A DNA stretch of 64,000 nucleotides from Myxococcota bacterium (GTDB lineage Bacteria > Myxococcota > Myxococcia > Myxococcales > Myxococcaceae). The stretch's first letter is position 1. The number at the start of each line of letters is the position of its first letter. Of the stretch, positions 19,573 to 28,126 are shown piece by piece. The stretch spans positions 1 to 64,000 of the forward strand of contig JBMORE010000148.1 of NCBI GenBank assembly GCA_049322255.1. Direction: 5' to 3'. Under the pieces are notes generated by a model. The model was not told where the DNA came from. It made no database searches and worked only from the letters and a program-made list of their open reading frames with translations. The translations under genes were made by a program, and so were the position numbers.

Positions 19573-22137
19573 ATGACCACTCCTCGAGATGGATTGACGT
19601 CGTACCCCCTCTCCCCCTGGGAGAGGGTTGGGGTGAGGGGCGCGATCATCGCACTCTTCATGCTGGGCGCGCTCCCGGCGTTGGCGCAACGACCGGTGCG
19701 TGAGCGACAGATCGTGCCCACACCTCCCGGTGCGCCTTCCCCGGCTCCCGGACAGCCCGCGGCTCCCCCGCAACCCACCAGCCCCGTCGACGCCACTCCG
19801 CGCAAGACACCATCGTGCGAGGAGGTGCGGCGCAAGGCCCGCTTCTCCATCTACTTCGACAAGGTGGAGCTGGAAAAGCTGGTGCAGACCGTCGCCGACG
19901 CCACCTGCAAGACCTTCATCCTCCCCGAGAACGTGCGGGGAAAAATCTCGATCATCGGCCCGGAGAACGGGAAGGTCGAGGTCAACGCCGACCAGTTCTA
20001 CGCGGCGTTCCTCTCGGCCCTCGACGCCAACAACCTCGCGGTGTACCCGCACGGGCGCTTCCTCAAGATCGTCGACAAGCAGCGGGCCAAGCAGTACCCC
20101 ATCCCCACCGTTCTCGAGGCCGACGAACCGGTGACCACCAACGAGCAGATGGTCACCCGGCTGTTCAAGGTGAAGTACGTGGAGATCGAGGCGCTGCGCG
20201 GCGTCTTGCAGCAGCTGGTCACTCCTTCCGGCGACACCATTCCCTTCCAACCCGACACCATCATCGTCAACGACCTGGGGTCGAACATGGCCCGGCTGGC
20301 GCGGATCATCGACCAGCTCGACTCGCGCGCGTCCTCCGACGAGGTGCGGGTGGTGCAGATCCAGTTCGCCAATGCGCAGGAGATCGCCGACAAAATTCAG
20401 AAGCTCTTCGAGAGCCGGGCGCAACGTCCAGGACAGCGTCCGGGCGCCGCGGCGCCTCCTCCACCGGTGGGAGGCGCCATCTCAGGGGCTCCTCCGGCCG
20501 GTCAGCCGGGGGGTGCGGCAGCCGAGAGCGGAGGGCCGGCCACGCTGTCGCAGCTCATTCCCGACGAGCGGACCAACAAGCTCATCATCATCGCCAGCCC
20601 GGCGGCGTTCGACCGCATCCTCGCCCTGATCAAGGAGATCGACATTCCCATCTCCGGCGAGGGGCGCATCAACGTCTATTACCTGGAGAACGCCAACGCC
20701 GAGGAGGTTGCGGGCACGCTGCAATCGCTCGCCCAGGGCACCGCCAACCGCCCGCGCACTCCCACTCCGCCGACACCTACGCCCGGCGCCATCAAGGGCA
20801 CGGTCACTGCCGCCGAGCTCTTCGCGGGCGAGGTGAAGATTTCCGCCGACAAGGGCACCAACGCCCTGGTGATCGTCGCCAGCCAGAGCGACTACCGGAA
20901 CCTGGTGCGGGTGATCGAGAAGCTCGACATTCCCCGCCGGCAGGTGTTCGTCGAGGCGGTCATCATGGAGGTCAACCTCGACCGCAACTCGGAGTTCGGG
21001 TTGAACCTCCACAGCGGCTACTCGCTGCGCACCGACCAGGGCGCGGTCCCGGGGGTGTTGGCCACCAAGTACACCAACCAGGGGCTGCCCCCCTCTTTCT
21101 CGCTGTTGAGCCTGGCCAACTTCGGCGGCTTTCTCGCGGGGCTGCAGGGCCCGGTCATCCCCGAGCTGGCGCAGCTGGGCATCGACATTCCCGCGTTCGG
21201 GGTGGTGTTGCACGCGCTGCAGCAGAGCTCGGACGTGAACGTGCTCTCGACGCCGCACATCCTCACCAGCGACAACGAGGAGGCGGAGATCACCGTGGGC
21301 CAGAACGTGCCCTTCCAGGCGGGCTTCTCCCCCACTCAGCTGGGCGGCCTGTCCTCCACCATCCCGGGTGCCAACGCGCTGACCCCCTCCCTCGCCGCCG
21401 GCCTGGGCGGGCTGGGGAGCCTCTTCGCCCCCATCACCCGGCAGAACGTCGAGCTCAAGCTGACGGTGAAGCCGCAGATCAACGAGAGCGACTTCATTCG
21501 CCTGGTGATTACCGAGCAGACCGAGGAGATCGCCTCCTCCGACCCGGTGCTCGGCCCCACCACCTCGAAGCGATCGGCGAAGACCACCGTGGTGGCCAAG
21601 GACCAGGAGACGGTGGTCCTGGGCGGCATCATGCAAGACCGCACCATCGAGTCGGTGGCCAAGGTGCCGCTGCTCGGCGACATCCCCGTGGTGGGTCACC
21701 TCTTCCGCGAGCAGAGCCGCAAGAAGGTGAAGACCAACCTCCTGCTCTTCCTCACGCCCTACATCATCAAAGACAAGAGCGACTTCCGCAGCATCTTCGA
21801 ACGCAAGATGAAGGAGCGGCAGCAGTTCATCGAGCAGTTTTACGGCCAGGTGCCGGGCTACGACGTGGCGATCGACTTTGCGCGCAAGAAGGGGCCGCTG
21901 GCGGCAATGAGCGCCGCGCTCTCCAAGGAGCTGCAGAAGGTGGAACACGGCGGGCCGGGCGTGCCGGGCGAGAAGGTCATCACCCCCGGCGAGCCGGCGG
22001 CACGGCCGAGAACCGAGGTGCCGCCGGGGGAAGAGCCGCCTCCCGTGGAGGGAGGCCCTGAAGTCGCCCCGCCGCCGGAGGCCCCTTCCCCCGAGCGCCT
22101 CGAGGTCCAACCCGGGGGCGAGCCGGAGATTCGATGA
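19573..22137 (+). CDS. gspD: Type II secretion secretin GspD (start at ATG 19573 or GTG 19633)
   Basis: N domains (DERTNKLII), QVFVEAVIMEV, VLSTPHILT, KVPLLGDIPVVGHLFR, LLLFLTPYII. Confidence 0.95.
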   Translation: MTTPRDGLTSYPLSPWERVGVRGAIIALFMLGALPALAQRPVRERQIVPTPPGAPSPAPGQPAAPPQPTSPVDATPRKTPSCEEVRRKARFSIYFDKVELEKLVQTVADATCKTFILPENVRGKISIIGPENGKVEVNADQFYAAFLSALDANNLAVYPHGRFLKIVDKQRAKQYPIPTVLEADEPVTTNEQMVTRLFKVKYVEIEALRGVLQQLVTPSGDTIPFQPDTIIVNDLGSNMARLARIIDQLDSRASSDEVRVVQIQFANAQEIADKIQKLFESRAQRPGQRPGAAAPPPPVGGAISGAPPAGQPGGAAAESGGPATLSQLIPDERTNKLIIIASPAAFDRILALIKEIDIPISGEGRINVYYLENANAEEVAGTLQSLAQGTANRPRTPTPPTPTPGAIKGTVTAAELFAGEVKISADKGTNALVIVASQSDYRNLVRVIEKLDIPRRQVFVEAVIMEVNLDRNSEFGLNLHSGYSLRTDQGAVPGVLATKYTNQGLPPSFSLLSLANFGGFLAGLQGPVIPELAQLGIDIPAFGVVLHALQQSSDVNVLSTPHILTSDNEEAEITVGQNVPFQAGFSPTQLGGLSSTIPGANALTPSLAAGLGGLGSLFAPITRQNVELKLTVKPQINESDFIRLVITEQTEEIASSDPVLGPTTSKRSAKTTVVAKDQETVVLGGIMQDRTIESVAKVPLLGDIPVVGHLFREQSRKKVKTNLLLFLTPYIIKDKSDFRSIFERKMKERQQFIEQFYGQVPGYDVAIDFARKKGPLAAMSAALSKELQKVEHGGPGVPGEKVITPGEPAARPRTEVPPGEEPPPVEGGPEVAPPPEAPSPERLEVQPGGEPEIR
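19607..19639. repeat. 33-bp BoxC/PIT-like element, copy 4, at the gspD 5' end
   Basis: ccctctccc-cct-gggagaggg-ttg-gggtgaggg; reads PLSPWERVGVRG in the GspD frame. Confidence 0.9.
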
Positions 22138-23921
22138 GCCAGGAGCTGGACGCGCCCATGGAGACGGCCGCATCTGAGCGCACCGAAATGGTGGCGCACG
22201 GACCGGCCTATCTCTTCGGCCGCCCGCTGGGAGAGATCCTCAAGGTTTCGGCTCAGCTCTCCCAGGAGAAGCTCGACGAAGCGCTCGCCCTCCAGGCGGA
22301 GAAGGGCGGGCGGCTGGGCGAGGTGTTGGTGGGCATGAAGGTGGTTTCCGAAGAACAGGTGGCCCAGGCGCTGGCCGCGCAGCTCGACCTGCCTTTTTTG
22401 GCGCGCATTTTCTCCGACGAGATCGACGGCGAGCTGGTGAAGCGGGTGCCGATCAATTTCGCCAAGTCGGCGCGGCTCTTGCCCTTGCAGCTCGAGGGCG
22501 AGGCGGTGGCGCTGGCGGTGGCCGACCCCTTGGACACCGCGGTGCTCGACCACGCCCGCATGCTTTTGCAGCGCAACGTCAGCCCCCGGCTCGCGCTGGC
22601 CTCGACGATCGTCGACGCGATCAACTCGGTCTACGACCGGGCGGTGAACGAGGCCGAACAGCTCGTCGATCAGATGGAGGCGCAAGACCTCGACGAGCTC
22701 GCTCACGAGCTGGAAGAGCCACAAGACCTGCTCGACACCGACGACGAGGCGCCGATCATTCGCCTCGTCAACTCGCTGCTCTTCCGCGCCGCCAAGGAGC
22801 AAGCGAGCGACATTCACATCGAGCCGATGGAGCGTGAGCTCATCGTGCGCTTCCGCATCGACGGCGTCCTGCAAGAGATCATCAAGCCGCCCAAGCGCTA
22901 CCAGAACTCGATCGTCGCCCGCGTGAAGATCATGGCGTCGCTCAACATCGCCGAGAAGCGGCTGCCGCAAGACGGGCGCATTCGCATCAAGCTGGCGGGG
23001 CGCGACATCGACATTCGCGTGTCGGTGATTCCGACCACCAACGGCGAGCGCATCGTCATGCGGTTGCTCGACAAGAGCGCCACCCTGCTCGACCTGGCGG
23101 AGATCGGCATGAGCGCGCACACGCTGGCGCAGGTCGACGGCATCATCCGCCGCTCGCACGGCATCGTCCTGGTCACCGGCCCCACCGGCAGCGGCAAGAC
23201 CACCACCCTTTACGGAGCGCTCTCGCGCATCAACACCCCGGACTTGAACATCCTCACCGTCGAGGACCCGGTCGAGTACCAGATCAAGGGCATCTCGCAG
23301 ATGGCGATTTCGCCCAAGATCGGCCTGTCCTTCGCCGCCGGGCTGCGCAGCTTTCTCCGCCAGGACCCCGACGTCATCATGGTGGGCGAGATTCGCGACA
23401 AGGAGACGGCGGAGATCGCCATTCAGGCCTCGCTCACCGGCCACCTGGTCTTCTCCACCGTCCACACCAATGACTCCGCCGGCGCGGTCACCCGCCTGGT
23501 GGACATGGGCGTCGAGCCCTTCCTGGTCGCCAGCTCGCTGACCGCCATCTTGGCGCAGCGTCTGGTGCGCCGCGTGTGCCCCGACTGCCGGCAGGCCTAC
23601 GAGCCCACGGACGAAGAGCTGCGCGAGATCGGCCTGTCGCGGCAGAAGCTGGCCGCGCGGGGTGTTTCCACCGTTTTCCGTGCCACCGGTTGCCTCGCCT
23701 GCAGCAAGAACGGCTACCGCGGCCGCACCGGCATCTACGAGTTTCTGCTGGTGGACGACGACGTGCGCCAGCTGGTGCTCAAGAACGTGGACTCGTCGAG
23801 CATCAAGAAGAAGGCGATGGAGAAGGGCATGTTGTCGCTGCTCGACGACGGGGCGCGCAAAGTGCTGGAGGGCGAAACCACCATCGCCGAAGTCCTGAGC
23901 GTCACCCAGGAGGACCTGTAA
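22134..23921 (+). CDS. gspE: Type II secretion ATPase GspE
   Basis: ASDIHIEP, RLPQDGR, Walker A GPTGSGKTT, LRQDPD, tetracysteine motif; MshEN-like N-terminus. Confidence 0.95.
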   Translation: MSQELDAPMETAASERTEMVAHGPAYLFGRPLGEILKVSAQLSQEKLDEALALQAEKGGRLGEVLVGMKVVSEEQVAQALAAQLDLPFLARIFSDEIDGELVKRVPINFAKSARLLPLQLEGEAVALAVADPLDTAVLDHARMLLQRNVSPRLALASTIVDAINSVYDRAVNEAEQLVDQMEAQDLDELAHELEEPQDLLDTDDEAPIIRLVNSLLFRAAKEQASDIHIEPMERELIVRFRIDGVLQEIIKPPKRYQNSIVARVKIMASLNIAEKRLPQDGRIRIKLAGRDIDIRVSVIPTTNGERIVMRLLDKSATLLDLAEIGMSAHTLAQVDGIIRRSHGIVLVTGPTGSGKTTTLYGALSRINTPDLNILTVEDPVEYQIKGISQMAISPKIGLSFAAGLRSFLRQDPDVIMVGEIRDKETAEIAIQASLTGHLVFSTVHTNDSAGAVTRLVDMGVEPFLVASSLTAILAQRLVRRVCPDCRQAYEPTDEELREIGLSRQKLAARGVSTVFRATGCLACSKNGYRGRTGIYEFLLVDDDVRQLVLKNVDSSSIKKKAMEKGMLSLLDDGARKVLEGETTIAEVLSVTQEDL

Positions 23922-23922
23922 T

Positions 23923-25173
23923 CTGCCCGTCTTCGAATACAGAGGGCTCTCCGAAGCCGGCAAGACGGTCAACGGCCTGAAGGAGGCCGATTCGGCCAAG
24001 ACCCTGCGCGCCCTCTTGCGCAAGGAAGGCGTGTTCCTCACCGACGTCCTCGGGCAGGCGGAAGGAGCGCGCGCCAACGGCAAGGCCGGCGCCGTCGTGG
24101 CTTCGGGGCAAATCGACCTACGCAAGCTGGCGCGCGGGCGCATCACCTCGGACGACATCGCCATCATGACCCGGCAGCTGGCCACCCTGCTCGGGGCCGG
24201 AGTGACGCTGGTCGAGTCACTCACCGCGCTGGTCGATCAGGTGGAGAAGGAGCGCCTCAAGCGCGTGCTCTCCGACGTGAAGCAGCGGGTGAACGAGGGC
24301 AGCTCTCTGGGCGACGCGCTGGCCCAGCACCAAAAGATTTTCGGTTCGCTGTACGTGAACATGATTCGCGCTGGCGAGCACTCGGGCGCGCTCGACGCGG
24401 TGCTCTTGCGACTTGCCGAGTTCACCGAAGGGCAGGCGCGGCTGCAGCAGAAGATCATCTCCACCCTCATCTACCCGGCGATCATGTCGGTGATCGGCGG
24501 CGGCATTCTCGTGCTCCTCATGACCCTGGTGGTGCCGCGGGTCACCAAAATCTTCGAGGACATGAGGGCCACGCTGCCGTGGACGACGCGGTTGCTCATC
24601 TGGTCATCCAACACCCTTCAGACCTGGTGGTTCGTCCTCCTGCCGATGTTCGTGGGGGGAATCGTCACCTTCTTCTATTGGAAGCGCTCGGAGGCGGGAA
24701 AGCCGGTGTGGGACCGCTTCGCCCTGAAGATGCCGGTGTTCGGCAGCCTCATTCGCATGCTCTCGGTGGCGCGCTTCTCGCGCACGTTGGCCACACTCCT
24801 TCGCAGCGGAGTGCCGCTTTTGACCGCGCTGGACATCGTCAAGAACGTCATCACCAACAGCGTGCTCGCCGGGGTGGTGGAGAAGGCGCGCGAGGCGATT
24901 CGCGAGGGCGAGAGCATCGCCAACCCGCTCAAGCGCTCGGGGGAGTTTCCTCCGCTGGTCTACCACATGGTGGCGATCGGGGAGCGCAGCGGCCAACTGG
25001 AAGACATGCTGGTCAACGTCGCCGACAGCTACGAGTCGCAGGTGAACGTGCGAGTGGGCGCGCTCACCGCGCTGCTCGAGCCCTTGCTCATCGTCAGCAT
25101 GGGCGTGGTGATTGGCTTCGTCGCCCTCTCGATCATGATGCCCATCCTTCAAATCAACTCGTCCATTCGATGA
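23923..25173 (+). CDS. gspF: Type II secretion platform protein GspF (probable CTG start)
   Basis: RQLATLLGAGV, GEHSGAL and GERSGQLE motifs; in-frame N-terminus (M)PVFEYRG begins at CTG 23923 behind AGGAGG. Confidence 0.92.
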   Translation: MPVFEYRGLSEAGKTVNGLKEADSAKTLRALLRKEGVFLTDVLGQAEGARANGKAGAVVASGQIDLRKLARGRITSDDIAIMTRQLATLLGAGVTLVESLTALVDQVEKERLKRVLSDVKQRVNEGSSLGDALAQHQKIFGSLYVNMIRAGEHSGALDAVLLRLAEFTEGQARLQQKIISTLIYPAIMSVIGGGILVLLMTLVVPRVTKIFEDMRATLPWTTRLLIWSSNTLQTWWFVLLPMFVGGIVTFFYWKRSEAGKPVWDRFALKMPVFGSLIRMLSVARFSRTLATLLRSGVPLLTALDIVKNVITNSVLAGVVEKAREAIREGESIANPLKRSGEFPPLVYHMVAIGERSGQLEDMLVNVADSYESQVNVRVGALTALLEPLLIVSMGVVIGFVALSIMMPILQINSSIR

Positions 25174-25340
25174 AACCCATGAACCAGCCTTCCCCCCAGC
25201 CGCTCGATTGGTGGGTGCAGCGCGTGACGCTCTTCGCCTTGCTCGCGCTCAGCGCCGTTCTGGTCGGCATGGGTATCAAGCTCTACACGCCGCCGCGCGC
25301 TTCGCCGCCGTCGGCGATCCACTCGTCCGCCGTCCCCTAG
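25170..25340 (+). CDS. Small single-TM protein within the gsp operon
   Basis: ATGA overlap with the gspF stop; 56 aa with TM VTLFALLALSAVLVGMGI. Confidence 0.6.
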   Translation: MKPMNQPSPQPLDWWVQRVTLFALLALSAVLVGMGIKLYTPPRASPPSAIHSSAVP

Positions 25341-25349
25341 AGGTCCTCT

Positions 25350-25766
25350 ATGAACCGAAAAGCCAGACGCATTCTGCGCCGCGCCCGCCGTGGCATGACG
25401 CTCATCGAGATCATGGTGGTGATCGTCCTCCTCGCCCTTCTGATGGGGCTGGTGGGCGTCGCCCTCATCCCCAAGCTCGAGGAGGGCAAGCGCGACTCGG
25501 CCATGCTGCAGATGAAGAACTTCGAGGGCGCGCTCAAGTGCTTCTACGTGAAGAAGGGCAGCTACCCGGACACGGGCGTGGGGCTCAAGGGCCTGGTCGA
25601 CACCCAATGCATGGAGACCATCCCCCAAGACCCTTGGGGCAGCGAGTACGTCTACCTCAACGAGGGCGGCAAGCCGGTCATCGTCAGCTACGCCAAGGAC
25701 AAGGCCCCCGGCGGCGAGGGCAACGACGCCGATCTTTCCACCAAGGACGGCCCCAAGCCGCAGTAG
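25350..25766 (+). CDS. gspG: Major pseudopilin GspG
   Basis: RRG|MTLIEIMVV prepilin motif; DPWG...Y; PGGEGNDAD tail. Confidence 0.92.
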   Translation: MNRKARRILRRARRGMTLIEIMVVIVLLALLMGLVGVALIPKLEEGKRDSAMLQMKNFEGALKCFYVKKGSYPDTGVGLKGLVDTQCMETIPQDPWGSEYVYLNEGGKPVIVSYAKDKAPGGEGNDADLSTKDGPKPQ

Positions 25767-25770
25767 CCCG

Positions 25771-26571
25771 ATGAGCGCGCACGACCACAATCCCCTCTCT
25801 CCCTGGGAGAGGGTCAGGGTGAGGGGCGTCAGCCTGACGAATTCGCCCCCCTCACCCCCGCCCTCTCCCAAAGGGAGAGGGGGTCGCCGGGGCGTCACGC
25901 TCATCGAGTTGATGATTGCGCTGACCCTCATCACCGTCTTCTTCTCCGTTGCCGTCTTGAGCGTGGGCGCGCTCACCGGGACCAAGGCCAAGGCGGCCGC
26001 GGGAGAGCTGGGCGGCGTCATCCGCTCGCTCTACGACACCGCCGCGCTGAGCGGAAAAACCTGCCGCCTGGTCTTCGAGCTGCCCGGCCCCAAGGAGGAC
26101 GAGGACGTCGCGCGCTACTGGGCCGAGTGCGCCGCGGGGAACGTCACCGCGCGCAAAGACCGAGAGGACGAGCTCGAGGACGCCTCGCGTGCCAAGGAGG
26201 AGGAAGCCCGCAAGAAGGACCGCGGTGCGAGTGATGACCGCTTCCGCTCATACTCCGACGGGCCTTCTCTCCAAGAACTGCTCGCGGCGGAGAAGGACCG
26301 GGTGGAGAACGCCGCCAAGTACTCGCAGTACACCAGCCCGGAGATCGAGCCCCGCGAGCTCCCCGGAGCGGTAAAGCTCTCGGTGTGGACACGTCACCAG
26401 CGCGAGGCGGTGAGCGCAGGGACGGCCTACCTCTACTTCTTCCCCCAGGGCTTCACCGAGAAGGCCCACGTCTACGTGCGCCAGGGGGACAACGTGTGGA
26501 CGATCACCGTCTCGCCGCTCACCGGGAAGACCAAGGTGGTGGCCGAGGAGCTGGAGGTGCCCAGGTCATGA
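25771..26571 (+). CDS. gspH: Minor pseudopilin GspH-like
   Basis: RRG|VTLIELMIAL; FFPQG motif; position after gspG. Confidence 0.8.
   Translation: MSAHDHNPLSPWERVRVRGVSLTNSPPSPPPSPKGRGGRRGVTLIELMIALTLITVFFSVAVLSVGALTGTKAKAAAGELGGVIRSLYDTAALSGKTCRLVFELPGPKEDEDVARYWAECAAGNVTARKDREDELEDASRAKEEEARKKDRGASDDRFRSYSDGPSLQELLAAEKDRVENAAKYSQYTSPEIEPRELPGAVKLSVWTRHQREAVSAGTAYLYFFPQGFTEKAHVYVRQGDNVWTITVSPLTGKTKVVAEELEVPRS
25793..25881. repeat. Inverted pair of 33-bp BoxC/PIT-like elements (copies 5 and 6) in the GspH leader
   Basis: 25793-25825 ccctctctc-cct-gggagaggg-tca-gggtgaggg; 25849-25881 ccctcaccc-ccg-ccctctccc-aaa-gggagaggg. Confidence 0.9.
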
Positions 26572-27452
26572 GGCGCGGCTTTTCGCTCCTCGAGGTGCTG
26601 GTGGCGATGGCGATTCTCGCCGTCTCCCTCATGGCCATTTTCAGCCTCAACTCCGGAGCGGTGGCGAACCACGCGTACACCAAGAAGTTGACGGTGGCGA
26701 CGCTGCTCGCGCGGGGGAAGATGATCGACTTGGAGCAGGAGCTCTACGACAAGGGCTTCTCCAACGACGACGACGAGGAGTCGGGCGACTTTTCCGACGA
26801 GGGCTGGCCCAGCTTCAAATGGCGGGCGAAAATCATCGCCCCCAAGACCAACGGGCTCGACCCGCAGAAGCTGATCGGCGCCCTCTTCAACCTCCCCCTC
26901 GGAGGAGAGGGCGACGAGTCGGGGCTGGGCGGACTGGCTGCGCTTTTCGGCGGCGGCGGCAACACCAAAAATCCCGGCGCGATCGATCCTCTGGCCGCGC
27001 TCGGCCCCGCCGCCGCGCTGGCCCAGGGCCAGTTCACCCAGATGATCGACCAGATCACCAAGGCGGTGCGGGAGGTGCACCTCACCGTCAGCTGGAAGGA
27101 AGGCAAGCTGGTGGAAAGCATCGACCTGGTGACCCACGTCGTCTCCCTGGGGCCTGGCAGCGACCGCAACGGCCTGAGCGGCACCGGGGCAACGTCGGCC
27201 CCAGGCACCCCGAACTGGGTTCGTCAGGACAATGGCGCACCGGTGGCCAACCCGGTGCCCGGTCCGGGCGGCACCATGGTCGATCCCACCGACAACATGC
27301 CGGTGATTCCGCTCGCACAGTGGATGGCGCAGCAGAGCGCGCGCAACATCCCTGGTGCGATCAATCCGCGACTGCCCATCGGCGGTGCCGCGGGCGGGCT
27401 CCTCCCCGGAGGCCTGGGAACCCCGCGGCCCATCAAGGTGCGTCCTCAATGA
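26568..27452 (+). CDS. gspI: Minor pseudopilin GspI-like
   Basis: MRRG|FSLLEVLVAMAIL; ATGA overlap with gspH. Confidence 0.82.
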   Translation: MRRGFSLLEVLVAMAILAVSLMAIFSLNSGAVANHAYTKKLTVATLLARGKMIDLEQELYDKGFSNDDDEESGDFSDEGWPSFKWRAKIIAPKTNGLDPQKLIGALFNLPLGGEGDESGLGGLAALFGGGGNTKNPGAIDPLAALGPAAALAQGQFTQMIDQITKAVREVHLTVSWKEGKLVESIDLVTHVVSLGPGSDRNGLSGTGATSAPGTPNWVRQDNGAPVANPVPGPGGTMVDPTDNMPVIPLAQWMAQQSARNIPGAINPRLPIGGAAGGLLPGGLGTPRPIKVRPQ

Positions 27453-28126
27453 GAAGGCCCAAACACAACGGCTTCACCCTGATGGAGGTGATGATCGCCA
27501 TCGCCATCACCTCGATGATGGGCGGGCTCATCGCGGTGGCGTTCTCGACGGGCATGAAGGCCAAGGAAGTGGTCGAGGCCGACGCCGAGCACTATCGCAT
27601 GGTGCGCACGGCGATGAACCGCATGGTGCGCGAGATTGGCGCCGCGTATGTGAGCGACCGCTACGACCCCAAGCGCTACCGCGACGCCTTCGACCGCCCC
27701 ACCAACTTCATCGGGGAGAAGGAGCGGCTGCTCTTCACCTCGCTCGCCCACCAGCGCCTGTACGCCGACGCCAAGGAGTCCGACCAGATGGTGGTGGAGT
27801 ACTCGGTGAAGTCGTCTCCCGACCCGAACGTGAAGAACCGCGACGACCTGGTGCGCCGCGAGAACGCCAACGTGGGCGAACGCATGGACCGTGGGGGGAC
27901 CGAGGAGGTTCTCTTCGAGGGAATCAAAAAGATCGAATTCGCCTACTGGGATTCAGAGCGCAAGGAGTGGGACGACGAGTGGGACACCCGGCGCGCCGAG
28001 CGTACGAAGCTTCTGCCCACCCGGGTACGCATCACCCTCGTCGCTCTCGACGAGAACAAGAAGGAGCGGCGCTACACCACCCAGACCCGCATCGTGCTCA
28101 ACACCGAGCTGCCGAGGTTTCAATGA
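27449..28126 (+). CDS. gspJ: Minor pseudopilin GspJ
   Basis: HNG|FTLMEVMIAI; C-terminal LPTRVRITL; ATGA overlap with gspI. Confidence 0.85.
   Translation: MRRPKHNGFTLMEVMIAIAITSMMGGLIAVAFSTGMKAKEVVEADAEHYRMVRTAMNRMVREIGAAYVSDRYDPKRYRDAFDRPTNFIGEKERLLFTSLAHQRLYADAKESDQMVVEYSVKSSPDPNVKNRDDLVRRENANVGERMDRGGTEEVLFEGIKKIEFAYWDSERKEWDDEWDTRRAERTKLLPTRVRITLVALDENKKERRYTTQTRIVLNTELPRFQ

Noticed and set aside
25187..25206. Possible decayed repeat copy (QPSPQPL) in the small gsp ORF
   Set aside because: Only loose similarity to the C-rich arm, and the GGGAGAGGG arm is absent.
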